DNA from: Candidatus Zambryskiibacteriota bacterium
GTDB taxonomy: Bacteria > Patescibacteriota > Minisyncoccia > Phycocordibacterales > Zambryskibacteraceae
Length of the DNA stretch: 59,652 nt
Direction of reading: 5' to 3'
Assembly: GCA_016177225.1 (NCBI GenBank)
Contig: JACOVQ010000002.1
Location: 1 to 59,652, forward strand
In this document: positions 18,169 to 27,080 of the stretch, in pieces
Layout of the letters: each line of letters starts with the position of its first letter
How positions within the stretch are numbered: position 1 is the stretch's first letter
Notes under the pieces: generated by a model
Databases searched by the model: none
What the model saw: only the letters and a program-made list of their open reading frames with translations
Told to the model about the DNA's origin: nothing
Program-made: the position numbers and the translations under genes

Positions 18169-21100
18169 TCACTCTGCCGGTGGTTCTGGTGCAGGTTCTG
18201 CTTCGTCCGCCGTAGGTTCATCCGAAGACTGGGGAGTTACTTCAGGCGTAGGCGTAGGCTCAGGCTCAGGCTCAGATTCCGGAGTCGGTTCAGGTGTTGA
18301 AGTAACCTCTGATGTAGGTTCTGACACAGGTTCGACAGTTGGTGCGGGTTCCGATGTCGATATAGATTCCGGAATCACTTCTGGGCTTGCCTCTGGAGTT
18401 GCTTCCACGACAGGTGTTGATTCAGAATTTATTGATGGCTCTGAAGTCATCGCGCTTACGGTAACACCGATGCCATTCTTCTCGAGCAAAGTTTTGAACT
18501 GCTCTTTGTTTATGCAAATATCGTCGATGCAAAGCTCTTTGGTATAAACAATTTCCGAACTGATAGTCTTTACAAAGATACGTTCGATGCCGTTAGAGAC
18601 ATCAGCAAGCCAAGTGGTAATACGGGCGAAAAGATTTGAGAGAAACTTAGACGCGAGAGAGTCGGGGGCTGGTTCTTGACTCAACTTCTCTGTCAAATCG
18701 GTTAGGGAAAGCCCGGAGAGATTACTGTGTGTGACAAATAGTTGGATAGTACTTGCTGACGAGGTCTCCGTGTAATCTTCAAGAGCATACCCTATTGACT
18801 GTTCCCCGTCCCCTGCCTTCTTTGCTACACCTGGGATTGAGGAAAGTGACAAGTAATCACCGATGAGAATAGGCCCACCTTCAAGCGATACTTTAACAGG
18901 CACACGACCTGCAAGTGCGACTGGCTTCGAGTTCGTGAGTTCCTTGCCAAGTAAGACTCCGGGAGCAGTTGAGATAACACCCGCGAGTCTGTCCCCCGCT
19001 ATTGCCCTCTTTACCATTACCGCACCAGTAGTGTCGAACGCCACAACTTCTCCAGCAGAGAGTGTTGTATCTCTCGTGGAGTAATTTTCTGCCAAGTCGA
19101 TGTCGGTAATGGCCGCCGTGGTGGCGTATATCGTACCAGCTGTTGTACCACACGAGCCAGTGTCTCGAACGCACAAAGAACCTTGTATCGACAATGTAGA
19201 AACGGGCGTCGTCGTTCCTATCCCGACTTTGCCGTTGGCAATTACTAAATGACTGCAGGAAGTCGGGGAAACCCCGAATTCACTGTGGCAAAGCTCAAGT
19301 AAATTGTCGGTAGCATCATAACTAATACCTGCTTTTTCACTACCGTTTGAAATTATCCTGAAAAAGAAATCATTATCCCCTCCAACCTGCCATCGCGTAT
19401 CCAAATACGTGGCAGAAGATCGTATATCTAATTTTCCAGCTGGCCCCGTCGTCCCTATCCCGACGTTGCCTTGAATTATTAATCCCCCAGTTGGAGCCGC
19501 AGTTCCTGCGTAACCAATACCAACGCTAGCACCGCCTGCGAACGCACTTTCACCTAACACTGACAATTTTGAGACAGGACTCGTCGTCCCGATGCCGACG
19601 TTGCCGCTTCCGGTGTTTCTCATCGCTTCAGCCGCGGTCGTATTGTTTGCGGTGTAAAAACGCAAACCACCGGTGCCTGTTCCGCTCGCGTCTGCGTCCT
19701 TGAAACCGGCGACAATGCCGTATGTCGCTTGTGTAGCATCATTGTTGTTAAGCGGCCCTCCGAACACCAACGCGCTTCCACGGTCCACTCCTTGTCCTCC
19801 CGCTCCCGCTCCCAGGCGCAGTACTATTTCGTTTAATGTCGGTTCATTTGCAAATGTGGCTACTCCCACGCCGTTGATAATGGCGGCACCTGCCACATCC
19901 AATAGATACTGTGGGGTTGTCGTCCCGATGCCGACGTTGCCGCCGAATGGATTTAGTAACAACGGATAAGCGAAAGCCCCGCCCGTCTGTGTAGCTTGTA
20001 TGCCTTGTGCGTCGTTTGCCGTGTTCGCGTATCCCATGAAGATACCGTATTCGTTCGCGTGGCTTGAACCAAAAAATCTAAAGGATGCATCCGTGGCGGC
20101 GTCCGCCAGACTTGTCCATGTATTCACCGCTTGGCCAGTATCCTTGACGACGAGTCTTCCTTGCGGCCCCGTCGTCCCAATCCCCACATTCCCGCTGTTT
20201 TGCTGAACCACGAACTGCGAAGTGCCGACTGTAAGACCTCCGGTAGAGAAAGTGGAAGTGGCTGTAATGCCGGTAACGGTAATCTGATTCAGCCCGGTAA
20301 TGTTCTGTGAGTTGCCTGTGACCGCTCCTCCGAGGGTAAAGGTGTTGGCGCCGTTTGAATACAAAAGTTCGGAAGCGCCGTAAGTATCGGCTAAAGTGGC
20401 GGTACTGGCGATATAGTTGGTGCCGTTGCCCCGCAGGATTTTGCCTGCAGCGGCGGCATTACCGATTTTAAAGCCGGTGGCCACATTGAGCGTGCCGGTA
20501 AAGTCTGCGGCAGAGCTTATGGTCTGGCTGTTGATTAAGCCGGAAGTGATGGCTCCCAGTGTAGAGTTGCCGGTGGTGAGAGAAGTGGAAAACAGATTGG
20601 TCGATGAGGCGGTGGTGGAGAAGAAATTGGTGGTGGTAGCTGAAGTGCCGGTGGCGGTGGTGAAGGTAAAGTTTTGGAAAGTTGAGGAAGCATTAGCGAG
20701 AATATTAGCGAAAGTTCCTAAACCAGTGGAAGTAATGTTCCCGCCATTGCCCGTGGTAAAGAAAAGGTTAGTGCTTGATGCAGTGGTGCTAAAAAAACTA
20801 GTCGAAGTGGCGCTAGTAGAGGTGGATGTAGTAAAGATAGCGTTAGTGGCGGTGAGCCTAGAGAGCGTATTGTCCCAGAGGAGAGCGGAGGTGTCGGCCA
20901 GAAGCCCTGCGGTGGAAATGTACGGAATTCTACCGGAAGTAAGATTCGAGATGGTGGTTTGCCCGGAAGTGAGGGTGCCGATGGTGGCAGTATTAGTCCT
21001 GAAATCAGTAGTGGAAGCATTGGTAGTAAAGAAATTCGTCGTCGTAGCAGACGTTCCAGTGGCGTTCACGAAAGTGAAGTTCTGGAGGGTGGTGGAACCA

Positions 21101-22737
21101 ACTACCAAAAGGTCTCCCGAAGAATTAATGGTGGAGGTGGCTGAACCGCCGATGTTCAAGGTTCTGGCAAAGAGAGTACCGGCAAAGAAATCGGTGGAAG
21201 TAGCTGAAGTGGTGGTGGAGTTAGTGGCTGTTAAAGCGCCTGTAGTGATATCGTCAGCGACAATACTGGTAATGGTGGCAAGGAGAGAACGAATCTTGTC
21301 TGCATAGAAATTTGTAGTAGTAGCCGAAGTGCCTGTAGCATTTACAAAAGTAAAATTCTGCAGGGAAGTTGATGCGGATAGAACAAGATTGCCTAGAGTA
21401 GCGTTAGTAGCAAATAGATTCGTAGAGGTGGCATTCGTCGATGTAGCATCGACGATAGTAAGAGAAGAGCCATTGAAGCTTAAAGCGCTGACGTTGCCAT
21501 CAAAGACCGCATTGCCGTTTTTATCCAGAGTAATATTTGTCGCGTCGATAGTGACAGCATTACTCCCACCATTTAAAGCGATTTTGCCGCTGGCCGAGAA
21601 GTTGCCGGTGCCAAGACTGCCAAACGAGCCGCTTTTGCCAATCACGGAGCTTAACGATTCAAGGCCTCCTCTGACAGAAATATTTTTGCTGACGCTTAAA
21701 TTGCCGCTGATTTTGGCATCATTAGCTAGGGTAACCAAAGATTCAAAATACGCAGGGCCTAAGACATCCAGAGCTTGCCTGAATTCCGCATTACCAAACA
21801 CTTTGAGCTTTCCGCCAACATCAAGATTGGAAAGTAGTTTGGTAGCACCACGAATTAATAGTGTTTGTCCTATTTCCACCTTACCTTGCAACTCCACATT
21901 CTCTGCGGTTATATTGCCGTTGGCTGTCACAAACGCTAGAGTAAAATCGGTTGAACTTGCGCCTCCTAAAAATTCGGCATTTAAATTTTTGACTAAGGTT
22001 TTTGAGTCAACAACAATAGGCGCCATACCTTGAGCCACAAAAGATTTAAACTGACCTTTTGTCTCAATATGACCCATAATGGAAATGTTGCCTTCTTTAT
22101 CGAGAAGCAGAAGTTCGTTGGCGTGAGTTCCTGGACGGAAGCCCATCACAGTGTTGGCATCATTCAGAACTTCCTTAACATAATTCAGAGATTTATCAAA
22201 AAAACTGAATACTATCGGTATTGGCATTACAGAGAGAAGTATAAATAACGCAACAGTTGAACCGACTAACATTTTTGAAGAGAGAACCGTTTTGAAATGT
22301 GATTTATTTTCAGGTTCTATAAATTTAGATTCTCTGATTTTTACTCTCTCGGCTTCTAATCTATTTTTCGCTTCTTGTTCGGTAATTTTTTTTTCAAGAA
22401 CTTTTTCCAGTGCCTTCTCGATATGTTCTGTTTTCTCCGTAGGTAACGGAGTGTCGTCTTGAGGAAAATATTTATTGATGTCTCCGTAATAAGAGCGAAT
22501 GGGTTCCAACTCTATTTGAGCCTTGAACATCTGTCTCTGCATATAAGCATCCAAAGCATTCTTCGTTGTATACCATGTATTCTTAATTTTCTTAGAAGGA
22601 AGCTTCCCTTTACGAGCGAGTAAACTTAAGTACTCCGCGCTATATGGAGTAAACGGAGCCGCTTCCGACATTGAGAGCCATTTCTCGGTGCCGATATTAT
22701 GTATCGGTTCTTCTTTCACGTTGCATTTATTATACAT
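18169..22737 (-). CDS. Large fibre/adhesin-like protein: N-terminal HTH, TM helix, Thr-rich repeats, GNVGIGTT repeats, intramolecular-chaperone-like domain, Pro/Glu tail
   Basis: WLSMSEAA...YLSLLARKGKL; NFTFVNATGTSATTTNF repeats; DLAENY...LAGRVPVKV. Confidence 0.8.
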   Translation of the reverse strand: MYNKCNVKEEPIHNIGTEKWLSMSEAAPFTPYSAEYLSLLARKGKLPSKKIKNTWYTTKNALDAYMQRQMFKAQIELEPIRSYYGDINKYFPQDDTPLPTEKTEHIEKALEKVLEKKITEQEAKNRLEAERVKIRESKFIEPENKSHFKTVLSSKMLVGSTVALFILLSVMPIPIVFSFFDKSLNYVKEVLNDANTVMGFRPGTHANELLLLDKEGNISIMGHIETKGQFKSFVAQGMAPIVVDSKTLVKNLNAEFLGGASSTDFTLAFVTANGNITAENVELQGKVEIGQTLLIRGATKLLSNLDVGGKLKVFGNAEFRQALDVLGPAYFESLVTLANDAKISGNLSVSKNISVRGGLESLSSVIGKSGSFGSLGTGNFSASGKIALNGGSNAVTIDATNITLDKNGNAVFDGNVSALSFNGSSLTIVDATSTNATSTNLFATNATLGNLVLSASTSLQNFTFVNATGTSATTTNFYADKIRSLLATITSIVADDITTGALTATNSTTTSATSTDFFAGTLFARTLNIGGSATSTINSSGDLLVVGSTTLQNFTFVNATGTSATTTNFFTTNASTTDFRTNTATIGTLTSGQTTISNLTSGRIPYISTAGLLADTSALLWDNTLSRLTATNAIFTTSTSTSATSTSFFSTTASSTNLFFTTGNGGNITSTGLGTFANILANASSTFQNFTFTTATGTSATTTNFFSTTASSTNLFSTSLTTGNSTLGAITSGLINSQTISSAADFTGTLNVATGFKIGNAAAAGKILRGNGTNYIASTATLADTYGASELLYSNGANTFTLGGAVTGNSQNITGLNQITVTGITATSTFSTGGLTVGTSQFVVQQNSGNVGIGTTGPQGRLVVKDTGQAVNTWTSLADAATDASFRFFGSSHANEYGIFMGYANTANDAQGIQATQTGGAFAYPLLLNPFGGNVGIGTTTPQYLLDVAGAAIINGVGVATFANEPTLNEIVLRLGAGAGGQGVDRGSALVFGGPLNNNDATQATYGIVAGFKDADASGTGTGGLRFYTANNTTAAEAMRNTGSGNVGIGTTSPVSKLSVLGESAFAGGASVGIGYAGTAAPTGGLIIQGNVGIGTTGPAGKLDIRSSATYLDTRWQVGGDNDFFFRIISNGSEKAGISYDATDNLLELCHSEFGVSPTSCSHLVIANGKVGIGTTTPVSTLSIQGSLCVRDTGSCGTTAGTIYATTAAITDIDLAENYSTRDTTLSAGEVVAFDTTGAVMVKRAIAGDRLAGVISTAPGVLLGKELTNSKPVALAGRVPVKVSLEGGPILIGDYLSLSSIPGVAKKAGDGEQSIGYALEDYTETSSASTIQLFVTHSNLSGLSLTDLTEKLSQEPAPDSLASKFLSNLFARITTWLADVSNGIERIFVKTISSEIVYTKELCIDDICINKEQFKTLLEKNGIGVTVSAMTSEPSINSESTPVVEATPEASPEVIPESISTSEPAPTVEPVSEPTSEVTSTPEPTPESEPEPEPTPTPEVTPQSSDEPTADEAEPAPEPPAE

Positions 22738-22948
22738 TTTAATAAATCATTCCGAGAACGAATTTATATATTTTTGTGGATAACACTACAAAAAATTTTC
22801 AATTTTTAAATTACGAAATTAAATTGAATTTACAACGTTTAATTAGACAGCTGTTTATAATAAATTTGAGCTAAAAATTTAAAAATTCTAGATACTAAAA
22901 CATATATAAACCTTATTAACATTTATAGTAAACTATGATAAAGTTAGA

Positions 22949-23380
22949 TTAGAAAATACTGAATTTAAGCTCACTGAACCTAAATCGTGCGAATACTTTA
23001 CCTTTAATATCCCAACTATCAATCATTCCTAATTTGCGAGAATCAATGCTTACATCCAAGTTGTCTCCCAAAACGAAGTATTCCATCGGGTCAATATTCG
23101 TGGAAATTGTTCCTATTGAGAACTCATCTTCAGGCATACCAGCTATTCTCTTGATAATTTTCTGTTTGGAGTCGCGTGAAGTAGTCACAACAATATCTCC
23201 TCTCTCTGGCTTACTAAAGGTGAAGGCAAGCTTATTAATAAAGACGTAGTCGCCAGAACTGATGGTTGGTTCCATCGAATCACCAACTACAATAAAACCT
23301 TCGAAAACAAAAACGCGAATAAAAATTGTGAGAATAAAAGCGACGACAAATACTGAGAACATTTTTGACTTAATCGGCAT
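22949..23380 (-). CDS. lepB: Signal peptidase I
   Basis: GDSMEPT, IIKRI, GDNLDVSIDSR. Confidence 0.9.
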   Translation of the reverse strand: MPIKSKMFSVFVVAFILTIFIRVFVFEGFIVVGDSMEPTISSGDYVFINKLAFTFSKPERGDIVVTTSRDSKQKIIKRIAGMPEDEFSIGTISTNIDPMEYFVLGDNLDVSIDSRKLGMIDSWDIKGKVFARFRFSELKFSIF

Positions 23381-23420
23381 AGACTAATTATAGATTATCA
23401 ATTACACTATAGCTAACCTT

Positions 23421-23660
23421 ATGAAGGAACTCTACTTCTCAATTAAAGAAGCGGCGCAGATTCTCGGGGTTTCTCCTCTTACTCTCCGCAACTGGGATAA
23501 ATCAGGCAAATTCCGCGCCTCTAGACATCCTATGAATAATTATCGTGTGTATAAATTGTCTGCCCTGGAGGACATTATCGCCGACATCGAAGGCGGCACC
23601 AACAAATCCAACGCAGAGAAGCAGATTAAGAAACTGATTATTAAACACGAAGAAGACTAG
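23421..23660 (+). CDS. MerR-like HTH DNA-binding protein
   Basis: SIKEAAQILGVSPLTLRNWD...NNYRVY. Confidence 0.88.
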   Translation: MKELYFSIKEAAQILGVSPLTLRNWDKSGKFRASRHPMNNYRVYKLSALEDIIADIEGGTNKSNAEKQIKKLIIKHEED

Positions 23661-25072
23661 TTTTTAACCTGTTCGAAAAGTTCTGACAGAATTTTAGGAT
23701 TCGCTTTGTTCTCTGTTTTTTTCATGGCCTGACCAATCAAAAATTGAATAGATGCTTCCGGATTTTCATTTAATACTTCTTCAACAACTTTTTTCAAAAC
23801 TTCTTTGCTATTCTCCTGAATTAAATTTTTCTCTTTAGCAATTTGCCCCGGATCTCCACCTTTAATTTCAATAATTTTCAAAATATCTTTGGCGCCGCGG
23901 GAAGAGAGCTCTCCGCTATCTACCATCTTTATAACCTCGACCAAGGCTTCTGGCTCCACAGGTTTCTTCAAATCAGAGGTAATGTAATTCGAGGCTAGCG
24001 GTATTAGACGGATGTCTCCCAGACATTCGATTACTTCTTCGAAGTAATTCCCCCACTCCGGCTGGGTCACATAAATTTCAGCGTGTTCCGCGGTTATGCC
24101 AAGCTTTAATAACCTTTCTCGCTTCTGCCACGGCAGTTCCGGCAAGCTTTCAGCAAGGACAGTCCTTGTAAAATCGGGCACTTCATTTATGAAAAGCTTT
24201 GGCAAATCCGGCTCCGGGAAATAGCGGTAATCATGCGCCGATTCTTTCAGTCTTTGCGAAAACGTCGCCCCGACGTTTTCGTCCCACCCTCGCGTTTCTT
24301 GTATTACTTCGTTACCGTTTTCTAAGATTTCTATTTGTCTTTTATATTCAAATTCAACTGCCTTACCCACCGCCCTGAAAGAATTGATATTTTTTACTTC
24401 GACTTTTGTGCCCAAGGTCTGACCTTGGAAATCGGAATTCTTAAGGTCAGACCTTTGTACGGAAATATTTGCTTCCACCCGCATCTCGCCTTTCTCCATA
24501 TTTGCGTTGGAAATCCCAAGGTACTGTAGAAGCAATTGGAGCTCTTTGGCAAACTTTACAGCCTCTTCGCTTGTATGCATTACTGGCTCAGTCACTAATT
24601 CCATCAAGGGTACCCCCGCTCGATTGAAATCGATGAGACTTACCTCACCCCCTTTCCCCTCTCCTTGAGCAAGGAGAGGGGCTGGGGAGAGGTGGGTAGA
24701 TTTCGCTGTATCCTCCTCAAGGTGAATCCTTGTGATCTTTATACCATTTAGAGAACCGCCTTTCACCAACGGGTACTTGTATTGGCTGATTTGATAGCCT
24801 TTTGGAATATCGGGGTAAAAATAGTTTTTGCGGTCAAACTCGGTAAAGTCGGCCAGTTCTCCTCCCACAGCGACACCTAAGCGTAAAATACTTCTGACCG
24901 CTTCTTTATTAATAACAGGCAAAGTGCCCGGATAACCCATACACACTGGACAAATATTTACATTGGGACGCCTTTCATCCGGATGATTGGCGGAATTGCA
25001 AAACATTTTTGTTTTGGTGTTCAACTCGGCATGTATTTCGAGACCAATGGTTAATTTATAGTCTTTACCCAT
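23657..25072 (-). CDS. gatB: Asp/Glu-tRNA amidotransferase subunit B
   Basis: IGLEIHAEL, FDRKNYFYPD, IHLEED, DFNRAGVPL, DYRYFPEPDL; start MGKDY. Confidence 0.96.
   Translation of the reverse strand: MGKDYKLTIGLEIHAELNTKTKMFCNSANHPDERRPNVNICPVCMGYPGTLPVINKEAVRSILRLGVAVGGELADFTEFDRKNYFYPDIPKGYQISQYKYPLVKGGSLNGIKITRIHLEEDTAKSTHLSPAPLLAQGEGKGGEVSLIDFNRAGVPLMELVTEPVMHTSEEAVKFAKELQLLLQYLGISNANMEKGEMRVEANISVQRSDLKNSDFQGQTLGTKVEVKNINSFRAVGKAVEFEYKRQIEILENGNEVIQETRGWDENVGATFSQRLKESAHDYRYFPEPDLPKLFINEVPDFTRTVLAESLPELPWQKRERLLKLGITAEHAEIYVTQPEWGNYFEEVIECLGDIRLIPLASNYITSDLKKPVEPEALVEVIKMVDSGELSSRGAKDILKIIEIKGGDPGQIAKEKNLIQENSKEVLKKVVEEVLNENPEASIQFLIGQAMKKTENKANPKILSELFEQVKN
24414..24455. repeat. REP-like inverted doublet inside gatB
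   Basis: aaggtctgacctt ... aaggtcagacctt; encodes QRSDLKNSDFQGQTL. Confidence 0.82.
24642..24693. repeat. Intragenic palindromic element (ccctctcc/ggagaggg family) in gatB
   Basis: cccctctccttg-ag-caaggagagggg core; encodes SPAPLLAQGEGKGGEV. Confidence 0.88.
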
Positions 25073-25073
25073 A

Positions 25074-25130
25074 AAATGACAAATGACAAAAGCCAAATGT
25101 CGAATCAATTATTAAAGTCTGAATGTCTAA
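25074..25130. repeat. Degenerate heptamer array (aaatgac-like) downstream of the four-helix-bundle gene
   Basis: aaatgac aaatgac aaaagcc aaatgtc ... gaatgtc. Confidence 0.75.
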
Positions 25131-25131
25131 G

Positions 25132-25521
25132 TTATACATTAGATACAGGAATCTTATTGCTTGCCTTTCTTATAATAGCGGAAAATATTAAATGAAGTTC
25201 TTGAGCTTCCCTAAAAAGGACTTGCAGATCGACGGTGTGTTCTGGAGTGAATTCAGTCATCAATTTTAACCAGTACTTCGTTTCGTTAGCTTCTTTCTTG
25301 GAAATAGAGATTTTATTGATAAAATCTTTCTTAGAATTAGCTGAATCTGCTTCAGAATAATTGGCACCTATGCTCGTGCCCGATCTTATTAACTGGCTTA
25401 TCACGGGCTTAGTAATATGGTCTTGCCTAAGCTTACGACAGCACTTTAACAAATCCTGACTAAACTTAAAAGTTCTGTCTGCTAAATCGTAAGTCTTACT
25501 ATCTGTATTATCTTTAGTCAT
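25132..25521 (-). CDS. Four-helix-bundle protein (23S IVS/TIGR02436-like family)
   Basis: QLIRSGTSIGANYSEA...KDFINKISISKKEANETKYWL. Confidence 0.92.
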   Translation of the reverse strand: MTKDNTDSKTYDLADRTFKFSQDLLKCCRKLRQDHITKPVISQLIRSGTSIGANYSEADSANSKKDFINKISISKKEANETKYWLKLMTEFTPEHTVDLQVLFREAQELHLIFSAIIRKASNKIPVSNV

Positions 25522-25569
25522 TTATATTTTAGACTTGATTTATCATTCGTCATTAAACATTTGACACTA
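25517..25569. repeat. Degenerate heptamer array (gtcattt-like, inverse of the 25074 array) upstream of the four-helix-bundle gene
   Basis: gtcattt ... atcattc gtcatta aacattt gacacta. Confidence 0.7.
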
Positions 25570-26526
25570 AGAACTCGTCATCCATTTTTTCAAATTTTTA
25601 AGAGATTCATCGTCAATTATAGAAACCGGTAAAACCGCTTTCTTAAGCAAGGACAGTCCTTGCTGTTTGGTCTTGAGTTCCTTCTCGGAAATTAGGTCTG
25701 TCTTTGTAAGTACTACCAGCTCAGGTTTATTCATTAGTTCTTTATTATAAAGCTCAAGCTCCCGCCTTACCACTTTATACGCTTCCGGAGGATTCTCAAG
25801 CTCGGCTGAAACACAATGCAAGAGTGTTTTAGTGCGTTCAATATGCTTCAGAAATTTATGACCAAGGCCTTTGCCCCGGCTTGCCCCTTCAATAAGTCCG
25901 GGAATATCCGCCAAAATCAATCCGTACAATTCTCCCAAAGCGGGCTCAAGAGTCGTGAATGGGAAATCCCCCACCTTAGAACGCGCGCTAGTCAGAACAT
26001 TTAAGAGGTTGGACTTGCCGGCGTTCGGCAAACCAATTATTCCCACGTCGGCAACCAAGAGAAGTTCAATGTGAAAGTCTGCTTCTTCTCCTTCTTCTCC
26101 TTTAGTAGATTTTTTCGGCCTGATATTGGTAGACGATTTGAAATACTCGTTGCCCAAGCCGCCTCTGCCGCCGGAAAGCAATTGCACTCTTTCTCCATCT
26201 TTGAGAAGCTCAATCACATGTCCGGTAGTTAAATTAGTTAGGCGTGAGCCGACAGGCAGTCTAACTTCCACATATGCTCCAGTGCCGCCCTGCTTCAAAT
26301 CTTTCGCACCATTTTTGCCATCTTGAGCAGCAAAGACTTTTTCATTCCTATAAGCCGCGAGGATGCCAATGTCGCGTACGGCAACAGCATAGACATCTCC
26401 GCCTTTGCCGCCGTTGCCTCCGGACGGACCGCCAAATTCCTTGCCTTTCTCGTGACGCCATCGCACTACGCCGTCGCCGCCGCGCCCGGCTTTAAAATGA
26501 AGCTTGATTTCGTCTATAAACGCCAT
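25567..26526 (-). CDS. obgE: GTPase Obg/CgtA
   Basis: FIDEIKL..AGRGGDG, GLPNAGKS, FTTLEP, DIPGLIEGA, TKTD. Confidence 0.96.
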   Translation of the reverse strand: MAFIDEIKLHFKAGRGGDGVVRWRHEKGKEFGGPSGGNGGKGGDVYAVAVRDIGILAAYRNEKVFAAQDGKNGAKDLKQGGTGAYVEVRLPVGSRLTNLTTGHVIELLKDGERVQLLSGGRGGLGNEYFKSSTNIRPKKSTKGEEGEEADFHIELLLVADVGIIGLPNAGKSNLLNVLTSARSKVGDFPFTTLEPALGELYGLILADIPGLIEGASRGKGLGHKFLKHIERTKTLLHCVSAELENPPEAYKVVRRELELYNKELMNKPELVVLTKTDLISEKELKTKQQGLSLLKKAVLPVSIIDDESLKNLKKWMTSS

Positions 26527-26528
26527 AG

Positions 26529-27080
26529 TTAAAGATACGACAGTCCGTGAACGCTCATGCCGACAAGGACGAGCGTCAGCATCATTCTGACAATAGAGCC
26601 CGTTACCGTTAAGACGAAGAACGGCAAGAATCTCATGCGAAGAATGCCGGCGCCGATATCCATGGGAATAGACGGCAGGATGGGAGCCGAGCGGAGGATA
26701 AAGAAAATTATTTCGTCATACCATGTCCCGTGGAAATAGCGGTTAACCTTCTCGACATCCTGCCAAGAGAAGTGAAGGAAACGATGATACTTATTGATTA
26801 CCGGCTTGCCGCCAAAATAAGCCAAAGCGTATAAAGGTACCGACCCTAAGGCGCTCCCCACCCCCACTGGCACAGCTACAAAAACCAGGAGTTTAGCCGA
26901 CAGAGCAAGCGTAAATTGAGAATCCAGAAATAAAAGCTGTCCCGCGATAACGAGTGAGAATGGAAAGATGCCGACAAGGTCATTTAAAAATGAGGCTACA
27001 AAAAGCGGCAGCATATGCGCGGCGCTCGGGTCGGTAACAACAGTTTTTATCGCCTCGACAATTTGGCTCGCCTCTTGCAT
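26529..27080 (-). CDS. DedA/VTT-domain membrane protein
   Basis: GSALGSVPLYALAYFGG; RSAPILP; AGILRM. Confidence 0.8.
   Translation of the reverse strand: MQEASQIVEAIKTVVTDPSAAHMLPLFVASFLNDLVGIFPFSLVIAGQLLFLDSQFTLALSAKLLVFVAVPVGVGSALGSVPLYALAYFGGKPVINKYHRFLHFSWQDVEKVNRYFHGTWYDEIIFFILRSAPILPSIPMDIGAGILRMRFLPFFVLTVTGSIVRMMLTLVLVGMSVHGLSYL

Noticed and set aside
20417..22033. Long plus-strand Val-rich ORFs (296 and 234 aa)
   Set aside because: Antisense shadows of the Thr-rich fibre gene.
25132..25521. Avd of a diversity-generating retroelement
   Set aside because: No reverse transcriptase and no TR/VR pair with A-specific mismatches seen in the window.
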